From the NCBI GenBank assembly GCA_903884535.1, contig CAISEZ010000067.1, positions 358-64,357 of the forward strand: a stretch of 64,000 nt of DNA. Direction: 5' to 3'. The stretch comes from an uncultured Verrucomicrobia subdivision 3 bacterium. Its GTDB lineage: Bacteria > Verrucomicrobiota > Verrucomicrobiia > Limisphaerales > UBA11358. Below the pieces are notes generated by a model. The model was not told the origin of the DNA. It did not search any database and saw nothing but the letters and a program-made list of their open reading frames with translations. Shown here piece after piece: positions 54,454 through 62,769 of this stretch (position 1 is the stretch's first letter; each line of letters opens with the position of its first letter). Position numbers and translations under genes: made by a program.

Positions 54454-56811
54454 TTATTTCACCAAAACAGGCTCACCTACCGCCGCATCATCCTTCACCC
54501 AAAGAACCGGCTGGGTGATGGCAATGTTCCGGCGCACTTCAGCATTCGTCGGATCGGGCGAAAGTTTTTTCCAAAGCTCGAGATACTTCGGCTCACCGAA
54601 TGCGAGGCCGGCAAAAAGCAAATTAGATTGGCGCGCCGGCCAGCCGTCCCACGCCATCACGTCAGGTTTGAGCGGCCATTTCGATTTGTCGGCGAGACAC
54701 GGGTAAAGATATTCCACGGCTTTGCGGATGCCTCGTCCATCAGGCAGTTCAAATTTCCAGAGATTATTGTCCGGAGTCGAAAGCACCTGGCAAAGTGTCG
54801 TCATGTTATCCAGTTGGAAAATTGAGTAGGCATAAGGCTTGGTGCGCTTGAGTTCGAGCGGGAAGCTGCCGTTGGTCGCCATCTGATTCGGCACAAAAAC
54901 TTCCATGAACTGCCGGCGACAATCCGCCAGCTTCACCTCGTCGCCGGTGAAACGTGCGTAGCACGCGAACTGCAGCCAGAACGCAACGGCGTGATTGTTT
55001 TTCGCGTTGGCTTCTTCGTGACCGTTTTTGCTAGTCGCCATCCACTCGGCTAGATCGGCAAACCACTTTTTTAAACCCGCCACCAGCTCCGGCGGGAATG
55101 CGGGCGACTTTTCCATCGCCACAATCGCCGCCGGAATTTCAATCATATGCAGGCCGTCAATAATGCCGAAGCCGCGGCCGTTGTCGCGGCCGGGAATTGC
55201 TTGAGCGTGCTCAAGGCTGGGATTCATGCGTGTCGCTTCATCGAGAAAGAAAACCCGCAGCAGCGTTGCGGCCTTTTGTGCGTAGCGCTCGTCGCCGGAA
55301 ATTTTGTAAGCCGCGCCCAGCGCCGCCACCGCGTCGCTCAACTGTCGCATCGCCATGCGGTGCTCATTGAAGTTGGCTGGATTGGTTTCACCGTCATGCT
55401 GAATGTAAGGCAGGCCGTTCGTCTTGGACGGATCGGGCCACCAATAATCAGCATTGGAGTAAAAATCATTCGGGCCGCCGACGCTGTGTTCGGCATGAAA
55501 CTTTGTGATGGTGATAGGCGCGAGGGTGAGGGCTGCGTCAGCCGCTTTCATAATCCGTTCCCGGTCAATCGCCCCGACATCCACGGATGGCTTGCCGTTG
55601 GTGAATTTGGGATAGAGCAATTGAAGACGCTGGTGGGCTGCATCAGGAAACCCGGCGAGTGTTTTTTCATACTTCGGGTCGTGATAGACGATCGCGGCCT
55701 GACGAAGCAGGGGCGCAAATTCGGACCGTTTGAAATTTTTAATCTGTTCGAAAGGCCATTTTTTTGATGGGTCCGCAATATACGGCAACAGATAGTCCAA
55801 GGCGGCGACCAGCCCGAATTTACCATTAGCAAGCCGGTGATGCCACAGGTCAACGCCGACATATTCGGATAACGTTGCCAGTGTGAAAGACGCATCGAGA
55901 TTGAACTGCGAATAGCTAAATGCCGCCGTCCGCGCCAATTCCAGCGGCTGTTTGCCATCCGGCTCGATTTGCGTTGCGATACGTTTTTGCTTGGCGTTCT
56001 CGGCGATTTGCTTGGCGACATCGTTATGCCCCAGCACCAGCGCTAGTTCAACCGCCTGCACGTCATACCACGTTCCGTGATTATTTCTGGAACTGGATTC
56101 AGCCTGGCCATGCTTGCTTGTGAGCAGCCAGTTAAAATATTTTTCCAACCACACCTTAAATTCGGTTTTGTCGTGCTCGGTCCACGCGGGCGAACCGGCG
56201 AGCAATTCCGCGGCGTCGGCCGCTTGCGAAACATGACGGCCTTCAAGAATGCCCGTGCCCCGACCGGTGTTTTCGCCGGGGACCGCCTGCGCGAATTCCA
56301 AGTTGGGATTCATCCGCGTCGCCGGATCGAGAAACCAGACGCGCAAAAAATTTGCGGCGTGTTCCGCGTAAGCCTCGTTGCCGGTGAAAAAATACGCCTG
56401 CGCCAAGGTCTCGACGCCATCACCCATTTCACCAATCCGACCGTGATCAAAACCTTCAACCCGACTTTCAGGATTCACCTTGCCGTCATGCCGGATGTAA
56501 GGCAACCCATTCGGTTTGGCGGGATCCGGCCAGTAGTATGGCGCGGTGCTCATGTAATCGTGTTTGTCGCCACTCGGCGGAATGTTGTTTTTGTCCACCA
56601 CCGAAACCGGCTCGTTCTTCAAAAGCTTATCGGCCACCTTGACGAGTGCGGCAAGCGCGGGCTGCAGCAATGGGTCATGTGCGGCCAACCGAGTTTTCAC
56701 ATTGCCCAGCGCACCGGGACTGACGGCAAAATAACGCGGCAAAGTTTCTTCGGCCTGGGCCAGCCCGCAAACCGCCAGCAGCAATAAAATGAAAGGCATC
56801 CGTTTAATCAT
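54454..56811 (-). CDS. secreted protein with two tandem alginate-lyase (PL5-like, alpha/alpha toroid) domains
   Basis: The two repeats are SGDKHDYMSTAPYYWPDPAKPNGLPYIRHDGKVNPE...NNHGTWY and GGPNDFYSNADYWWPDPSKTNGLPYIQHDGETNP...NNHAVAF. The start is set at MIKRMPFILLLL (56811). The 73-aa Arg-rich extension is rejected. Confidence 0.75.
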   Translation of the reverse strand: MIKRMPFILLLLAVCGLAQAEETLPRYFAVSPGALGNVKTRLAAHDPLLQPALAALVKVADKLLKNEPVSVVDKNNIPPSGDKHDYMSTAPYYWPDPAKPNGLPYIRHDGKVNPESRVEGFDHGRIGEMGDGVETLAQAYFFTGNEAYAEHAANFLRVWFLDPATRMNPNLEFAQAVPGENTGRGTGILEGRHVSQAADAAELLAGSPAWTEHDKTEFKVWLEKYFNWLLTSKHGQAESSSRNNHGTWYDVQAVELALVLGHNDVAKQIAENAKQKRIATQIEPDGKQPLELARTAAFSYSQFNLDASFTLATLSEYVGVDLWHHRLANGKFGLVAALDYLLPYIADPSKKWPFEQIKNFKRSEFAPLLRQAAIVYHDPKYEKTLAGFPDAAHQRLQLLYPKFTNGKPSVDVGAIDRERIMKAADAALTLAPITITKFHAEHSVGGPNDFYSNADYWWPDPSKTNGLPYIQHDGETNPANFNEHRMAMRQLSDAVAALGAAYKISGDERYAQKAATLLRVFFLDEATRMNPSLEHAQAIPGRDNGRGFGIIDGLHMIEIPAAIVAMEKSPAFPPELVAGLKKWFADLAEWMATSKNGHEEANAKNNHAVAFWLQFACYARFTGDEVKLADCRRQFMEVFVPNQMATNGSFPLELKRTKPYAYSIFQLDNMTTLCQVLSTPDNNLWKFELPDGRGIRKAVEYLYPCLADKSKWPLKPDVMAWDGWPARQSNLLFAGLAFGEPKYLELWKKLSPDPTNAEVRRNIAITQPVLWVKDDAAVGEPVLVK

Positions 56812-56819
56812 AGGAAAAA

Positions 56820-59267
56820 TTATTTTGCGTTTGGCACACTGAGAAAAACTGTTTTCAGACCGTCGCTGGAAACGCTGGCCATCGCCGCTTCGCCGGTGAG
56901 GAGCAGACTGATTTGTGCGCGACCGTTGTAAAGCTGCACGACGCGCGAACCGGTGGACGTGCCGAGGTTGTCGAGCAATTTTCCGTCGCCGGCAATTCCG
57001 AAGCGAATCGTGTTTGCAGCGTCGAGACACGGGACGCCAACTTTGTCAGATACTCGCGCCTCAATCGTGACGACATTGTTGCTTCGAGAAATTTCACTTA
57101 GTGTCAGCGTCGCCGGTTTGCTCCATGGCGCGGTCTGATACGACTGAGAAATTTCATCGGCGACTTCCACGCCACCAGATTTTCCGACAGCGCGCAAAAT
57201 GTTGGTGCCGTCATTCAGTTTGACGTTCCAGCGCAAACCGGCCGCGGGAAAATCCTGGCCGTTGCGCTGCTTCACTCCAGCCGAAACACCGTTGACGAAC
57301 AGCTCCACTTCGCGGCAGTTGGAAAATACTTTCACCATTTTTTCTTCGCCCGCTTTTCCCCAGCGCACCGGCCAGGTGTGACCGTAAATATGAATCATCG
57401 GCTTGTCCGCCCAGTAGCTTTGAAAAACGTAATAGCTTTCCTTCGGCGTGCCGTCGCGTTCGAGCACGCCCTTTTGATTCACACGCGGCACGGGATTTTC
57501 CGGCCGCAACGGCGTGGCGAAGTCCTTGAAAATCCACATCGCCGCACCGGTGAGATTTGTCATTGTCTCCTGTTCCTTCAAATGCCAGTCGAAGAGATTG
57601 ATGATGTAACTCTCCGACCAATCGCCATCGCGCGAGGCACGCGCCTTGCCACCGCTGGCTTTGTAGGCCTTGCCGACTTCCGCCGTCCCCTGCCCGGTTG
57701 CAACGGCGCCGAGGAATTTTTCCGGTTCTTCCGAATGCCGCCGCGCATGGCTGTCGCCGCCGTATTCCGCGTGAATGAAATGCGGCGTGTCGGCAATTCC
57801 TTTTTCAACCGAAGCGCGATATTCGGTGTAACGTCCACCATACCAGCCGGCCCAAATGCTCGGCGAATAAATGTCGGGAACATCCTTGCAAAAATCGCAG
57901 CGGCGAATCACGGTCTGCCGTGACGGGTCGAGTTGATGCGCCTGCGCATTCAACTTCGTCATGAAAGTGTGGATGGCGTCCTTGTCGAAAGTTTCGAAAT
58001 CGCCGGGCCAGTCGTTTTCATTTCCCAGTCCCCACAGAATGATGGACGGATGATTATAGTGCTGGTCAAGCATCGCCTTTTGCATGTCCAGCGCCTGCTG
58101 TTGATAATGTTCGCCACCAAGACCGCCGCGACACCACGGAATCTCTTCCCACGCAAGAATTCCAAGCTCATCGCACAATTCCAATACCAGCGGTGCCTGC
58201 TGGTAATGCCCCAGCCGCACAAAATTTGCGCCCATGTCTTTCATCGCCTGCAGCGTCTGGCGCACCACCGTGTCAGGCACGGCAGCGGCCACCCCGGCGT
58301 GGTCTTCATGATAATGCGTGCCGCGCAAGAGCAACCGTTCGCCATTCAGCTTGAACGGCCCATGCTCAACCCATTCGACCGAACGCACACCAAACTTTTC
58401 GGAAACTTGTTGCTCACCCTGCGCCGACTTGAGTGTGACGGTGCAACTATAAAGCGTTGGAACTTTCGGCGACCACAATTGCGGTGATATCATTTCAAAA
58501 GCCGCAATTTCTTTTTCGCCTGACCACGGAGAGAATTTTTGCGTCGAGGTTTGGACAACTTTTCCACTCGCGTCTTGAACTGCTACGGTCAGCTCTGTTT
58601 CGCCCTTCAGAATTGTCGGATTGTAAAGCCGACCGCGAATTTTCACGCTGGCCTTGCCGTCCGCTCCGAGCTTGGATTCGATGTGAATGCGCTCCAACGA
58701 AATCGCCGGAACATAAACCAAGCTGACATGTCGATAAAGTCCGCCGTAGCGGTTGAAGTCACTCAAATCAGACGGAATGCTCTCCGCATCACGCGAGTTG
58801 TCGCACATCACGGCCAAAGGCACTTCAGTTTCTTTCGCGACCGAATCAGTGATGTCCACATCCCATTGATCGTAGCCGCCCAGATGTTCGCCCACTTTTT
58901 TCAGGCCGACAAAGACCTGCGATTTTTGTCCGGCGCCGTCAAAGTGCAGCAGCGTGCGGCCGTTTGGAAACGGGTTGGCCACTTTCAAATGCGTGCGATA
59001 CCAGCCCAGCCCTTGATAATAATGAATATCGGGATCAACCGCGTCGCGGGCATTGAAACAATGCGGCAAGGTGACCGGCGACCAGGTGACATTGTCCGTC
59101 GCCTTGTCGCCGCGCCAGATTTCCCAGATGCTGCCAAGCGAGCCTTGATAAAATTCCCAGCCGCTGTCCAGCGGCTGGTGGTTCTGCGCGCTGCTCATAT
59201 TCGCGCAGGCCAGCAATGCCCCGGCCGCCAGCCACCGCAGCTTCATTAAAAAGTTTCGCTTTAACAT
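56820..59267 (-). CDS. glycoside hydrolase family 2
   Basis: A signal peptide, a sugar-binding N-terminal domain, and a TIM barrel with ANFVRLGHYQQ, NHPSIILWGLGNEN (acid/base) and IHAEYGGDS (nucleophile region). Confidence 0.85.
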   Translation of the reverse strand: MLKRNFLMKLRWLAAGALLACANMSSAQNHQPLDSGWEFYQGSLGSIWEIWRGDKATDNVTWSPVTLPHCFNARDAVDPDIHYYQGLGWYRTHLKVANPFPNGRTLLHFDGAGQKSQVFVGLKKVGEHLGGYDQWDVDITDSVAKETEVPLAVMCDNSRDAESIPSDLSDFNRYGGLYRHVSLVYVPAISLERIHIESKLGADGKASVKIRGRLYNPTILKGETELTVAVQDASGKVVQTSTQKFSPWSGEKEIAAFEMISPQLWSPKVPTLYSCTVTLKSAQGEQQVSEKFGVRSVEWVEHGPFKLNGERLLLRGTHYHEDHAGVAAAVPDTVVRQTLQAMKDMGANFVRLGHYQQAPLVLELCDELGILAWEEIPWCRGGLGGEHYQQQALDMQKAMLDQHYNHPSIILWGLGNENDWPGDFETFDKDAIHTFMTKLNAQAHQLDPSRQTVIRRCDFCKDVPDIYSPSIWAGWYGGRYTEYRASVEKGIADTPHFIHAEYGGDSHARRHSEEPEKFLGAVATGQGTAEVGKAYKASGGKARASRDGDWSESYIINLFDWHLKEQETMTNLTGAAMWIFKDFATPLRPENPVPRVNQKGVLERDGTPKESYYVFQSYWADKPMIHIYGHTWPVRWGKAGEEKMVKVFSNCREVELFVNGVSAGVKQRNGQDFPAAGLRWNVKLNDGTNILRAVGKSGGVEVADEISQSYQTAPWSKPATLTLSEISRSNNVVTIEARVSDKVGVPCLDAANTIRFGIAGDGKLLDNLGTSTGSRVVQLYNGRAQISLLLTGEAAMASVSSDGLKTVFLSVPNAK

Positions 59268-59354
59268 TTACGAATCATGTTTGCTGTTCACGGTCAAATC
59301 CGGATGATTTTTTTGTAAGCGCAGTTCGCTTGCTTCGAAATTTCATGCCGATTT

Positions 59355-60938
59355 TTAATTATCATCCACACCGAGCGGGTCATTGGCCGCAGCTTTTTTG
59401 GACTTTTTATTTCCCTTCGTTTTTGCGCCCTTTTCGCCCTGGAGTTCGCCAACGATCCGCTTGATCTCCTCGATGGTTTTATCCTTCAGCGGTTTTATGC
59501 CGACCTGGTCCTCCCATTGGGCCATCGCCACTTTCATGGTATTTACGGTGTCGGGATGTTCCGCGGCAAGATTGTGATGTTCGCCAATGTCTTCACGAAT
59601 GTTATAAAGCTCGTATTTGTTTTCATAGATAAAATGAACCAGCTTTATATCACCGTCCATCATCGCCGCCATGGCGGTATTCCCGGTTCCAATTTTCGCA
59701 TCATCAAAATACCAGTGGATGGGTTGCTTGCGCGGAGCGTTTGAATCTCCCTTAATCAACGGCGCAAAACTTTCGCCATCGAGATGCTCCTTGGGCCGGA
59801 GCGGAAGACCGGCAATATCCAGGAACGTCGGAAAATAATCAGTCCCCACCGTGGCACGATCCGTCTTCGTCCCCGGTTTCGTCACGCCCGGCCAATAAAC
59901 AATCAAGGGCACGCGCATGCCGCCCTCGTAAAGCCAGCCTTTGCCGGTGCGCAACGGCTTGTTGGACGTGGGCAGCGGCCTTCTGCCCAGCAGGTCGGAG
60001 GTCGAAAGCCCGCCGTTGTCTGACGAAAAAACAATCACGGTATTTTTGTCGTAGCCCAGTTCGGCCAGGGTTTGGCGAATGCGTGTCACACTATCGTCAA
60101 CACTCTTGATCATCGCCGCATAGACCGGAACATCTTGTTTGAGCTTCACCTTGCCGGTGTAATCATTTTCGTAATCCGGCCCTTCCATTTTCGGCATGGT
60201 CTTGAGCTTGTTTTCAAAATATTTCACATCCTCCGGTTTTGCTTCCAACGGCTCGTGAACTTGATAGTGAGCGAGGTAAATAAAAAACGGTTTACCCGGC
60301 GCCTCGGCTTTGTGCGCCTTGAGAAAATTGACTGTTTCATCGGTCAACCGGTCGGCCATGTATTCCCCTTTCTTTCCGGATTCCAATCCGTAGGGGGCAA
60401 CATTATGGGATTCATTCTTGCCAATGTCGGAAGGCTTGTCGGGCAGATAATACGGCCAAAAATGGGTGGCCAGCGCACCCAAAGCGCAACCGCCTTTGTT
60501 GATGTCAAATCCCCGGTGCTGCGGCCAGTAAGATTCGTCTCCGCCCAAATGCCATTTGCCGGCATAAAAGGTTTGATAGCCATTTTCTTGAAACGCCTTG
60601 CCGATTGTTCCCTGGTCCGCCGCCAAGCCACGCGGTCCCCGCAGTTCCGGGCGGTTATGATTCTTCCCGGTCATGATGGAATAGCGGGACTGGACGCAGC
60701 GCGGCGCGGCTTCATACGCGCGGGTGAACGACATGCCTTCCGAGGCCAGCTTGTCAATTCCGGGTGTCTCATAAAACTGACTGCCCATGAACGTGAGGTC
60801 TCGCCACCCGAGATCATCAATCAAGATGAATACGATGTTTGGCTTGTCCGCGTTCGCCACCGCCGCCGTTCCAGAAAAGCAGGCAGCCAAAACCGTCACA
60901 GATCCAATGGCAATTTTAATCAGTTTATTCATATCCAT
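59355..60938 (-). CDS. family S1 sulfatase with non-canonical active-site motif C-V-Q-S-R
   Basis: PNIVFILIDDLGWRD and GKWHLG are present. The formylglycine position reads APRCVQSRYSIMTG (DNA tgc gtc cag tcc cgc at 60684-60698), with Gln where Pro or Ala is expected. Confidence 0.85.
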   Translation of the reverse strand: MDMNKLIKIAIGSVTVLAACFSGTAAVANADKPNIVFILIDDLGWRDLTFMGSQFYETPGIDKLASEGMSFTRAYEAAPRCVQSRYSIMTGKNHNRPELRGPRGLAADQGTIGKAFQENGYQTFYAGKWHLGGDESYWPQHRGFDINKGGCALGALATHFWPYYLPDKPSDIGKNESHNVAPYGLESGKKGEYMADRLTDETVNFLKAHKAEAPGKPFFIYLAHYQVHEPLEAKPEDVKYFENKLKTMPKMEGPDYENDYTGKVKLKQDVPVYAAMIKSVDDSVTRIRQTLAELGYDKNTVIVFSSDNGGLSTSDLLGRRPLPTSNKPLRTGKGWLYEGGMRVPLIVYWPGVTKPGTKTDRATVGTDYFPTFLDIAGLPLRPKEHLDGESFAPLIKGDSNAPRKQPIHWYFDDAKIGTGNTAMAAMMDGDIKLVHFIYENKYELYNIREDIGEHHNLAAEHPDTVNTMKVAMAQWEDQVGIKPLKDKTIEEIKRIVGELQGEKGAKTKGNKKSKKAAANDPLGVDDN

Positions 60939-61056
60939 TCACAACTTACTTCCAGCATTTAAAGCGCAAAATATTTGAACCGGCATCCGGCATCACCAGA
61001 ACAGGATTACCGGCCAAATAAAATGCCCGCATGTTTCAAGCGCGCACGGCCGACAT

Positions 61057-62739
61057 TTATTTACTGGCCACCGCCGGCTTCGCGCCTTGCCAGCCGTTTT
61101 TCCATTGCGCCATCAACTTGGCAACCAGTTCGGCGTTCTCTGGTTTTTTGGCGATGTTGTAATTTTCCTGGGGATCAACCTGATGATCGTAGAGTTCAAC
61201 CGCTGCCACTTTTGAATGGTCCGTGTCGCCAACCCAAACCGTGAAGCGATAACGGTCGGTGCGCATCGTGTAGCCCATGAGTTTGCCCGCGCCGGTCTTG
61301 CCGGCGTTCCGCGGATATTGACTAAACGCTGCGGACTTCCATTCGCGTTTCGACTCATCGAGCAACGGCTTGAAACTCGTGCCTTCGAGATGGCTCGGCA
61401 GCGGAATGCCGGCCAGATCACACAGCGTGGGATACATGTCCACAAACTCTACCAATGCGTCCGTGTGCGTGCCGGCATTTTTCATGCTCGGAACAGATAG
61501 AATCAACGGGGCGTTCACGTCGTTTTCCACATTGCTATGTTTGCCCCACGCCATATGTTCGCCGAGTTTCCAGCCATGGTCGCCCCAGAGAATGATGATG
61601 GTGTTGCTGCGCAGATTGAGGTGGTCCAGTTCCGCCAGCACCTTACCGATTTGCGCGTCGGTATAGCTGGTGCCGGCGAAGTAGGCCTGCTTGAGCTTGT
61701 GTTGAATTTCCGGCGGAATCGGGCCGCTCGGAGGGACGCCCTTGTAAGCGCGGACTTCACCATCATTTGGAAGCACCGTATATTCTGGCGCGTCAACGGG
61801 CAGAAACTGATTGGGCGCGAGATCAATCTTCGCGGGGTCATACATGTCCCAATATTTTTTCGGCGCGACCCACGGCAGGTGCGGCTTGTGAAAACCCACG
61901 GCGAGAAAAAACGGCTGTGACTTCTTGCTGATGTCGTCCAAGGTTTTGACCGCGAGGTCGGCCGTCTTGCCATCAACGTAAGTATTATCCGGCACGTCGG
62001 CACATTCATAGATCGGACCACGTGAATTGGCCTTGCCGCCTTCAGCGCCACCCGAATTGGCCGCGGTTATTTCCGCATTTGCCGCTGCTTTACCTTTGGC
62101 CTTCTTGCCATTTTTCTTTCCCTTTTTAACCGGAGTCTCGCCGGCAATGGTTTCGTTATTTAAAGTATTTGTCTTCGGCAGCGAATAAGCTTCCGGCGAA
62201 GCGCCTTTGTTACCCTTGCCATCTTCATCCACCGGTTGAACATTCACTCCAACCAATGCCGCATTTTCCGCCAGCGCGTAAACTGGCGCCTTGGGTTCCT
62301 GCCACGGCACGGACCACGTGGCCGGGTCATCCAGCCCGCCATGAAATATTTTGCCCATGCCTTGGACAAAATAGCCGTTCGTCTTGAACTGCTGCCCGAG
62401 CGTCACGACATCCGGCAAGTTCGAGCGGAAATGGGTGACCAAATCCCAAACCTTCGAAGTGTCTGGCCGCACACCGGTCATCACGCAAGTCCGCGACGGC
62501 GAGCAAACCGCCTGCTGGCAATAGGCGCGGTTAAAAACCATGCCGACGCCGGCGAGTCCGTCAATATTGGGACTCTTGATATAGTCCTTGCCATAGCAGC
62601 CCAGCTCCGGCCGCAAATCGTCCACAACGAGGAAGAGCACGTTTGGTTTTTGCGGCACCGGATCGGCGGCAACCACCGGCAACGCGCCCGTCGCCAATAT
62701 CAGGGCTACAATCTGGAGTAGATTTGTTTTTAATTTCAT
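61057..62739 (-). CDS. family S1 sulfatase (paralog of 47293-48852) with Lys/Gly/Ala-rich insertion
   Basis: PNVLFLVVDDLRPELGCYG and CSPSRTCVMTG are present. It aligns along its whole length with 47293-48852 except for an extra low-complexity segment (...PVKKGKKNGKKAKGKAAANAE...). Confidence 0.9.
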   Translation of the reverse strand: MKLKTNLLQIVALILATGALPVVAADPVPQKPNVLFLVVDDLRPELGCYGKDYIKSPNIDGLAGVGMVFNRAYCQQAVCSPSRTCVMTGVRPDTSKVWDLVTHFRSNLPDVVTLGQQFKTNGYFVQGMGKIFHGGLDDPATWSVPWQEPKAPVYALAENAALVGVNVQPVDEDGKGNKGASPEAYSLPKTNTLNNETIAGETPVKKGKKNGKKAKGKAAANAEITAANSGGAEGGKANSRGPIYECADVPDNTYVDGKTADLAVKTLDDISKKSQPFFLAVGFHKPHLPWVAPKKYWDMYDPAKIDLAPNQFLPVDAPEYTVLPNDGEVRAYKGVPPSGPIPPEIQHKLKQAYFAGTSYTDAQIGKVLAELDHLNLRSNTIIILWGDHGWKLGEHMAWGKHSNVENDVNAPLILSVPSMKNAGTHTDALVEFVDMYPTLCDLAGIPLPSHLEGTSFKPLLDESKREWKSAAFSQYPRNAGKTGAGKLMGYTMRTDRYRFTVWVGDTDHSKVAAVELYDHQVDPQENYNIAKKPENAELVAKLMAQWKNGWQGAKPAVASK

Positions 62740-62769
62740 ATTGAGTAATATTTTTTTGGTTCGCTTGAA

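Noticed and set aside
54454-57030. N-terminal extensions of several ORF-track entries: 54454-57030, 2032-2925, 19392-20753, 20591-21454, 13571-14512, 29108-29881 and 36330-37934.
   Set aside because: The extensions are Arg-rich and overlap the upstream genes or their stops. They also precede an internal Met that begins a proper signal peptide or a conserved family N-terminus. The shorter starts were used.
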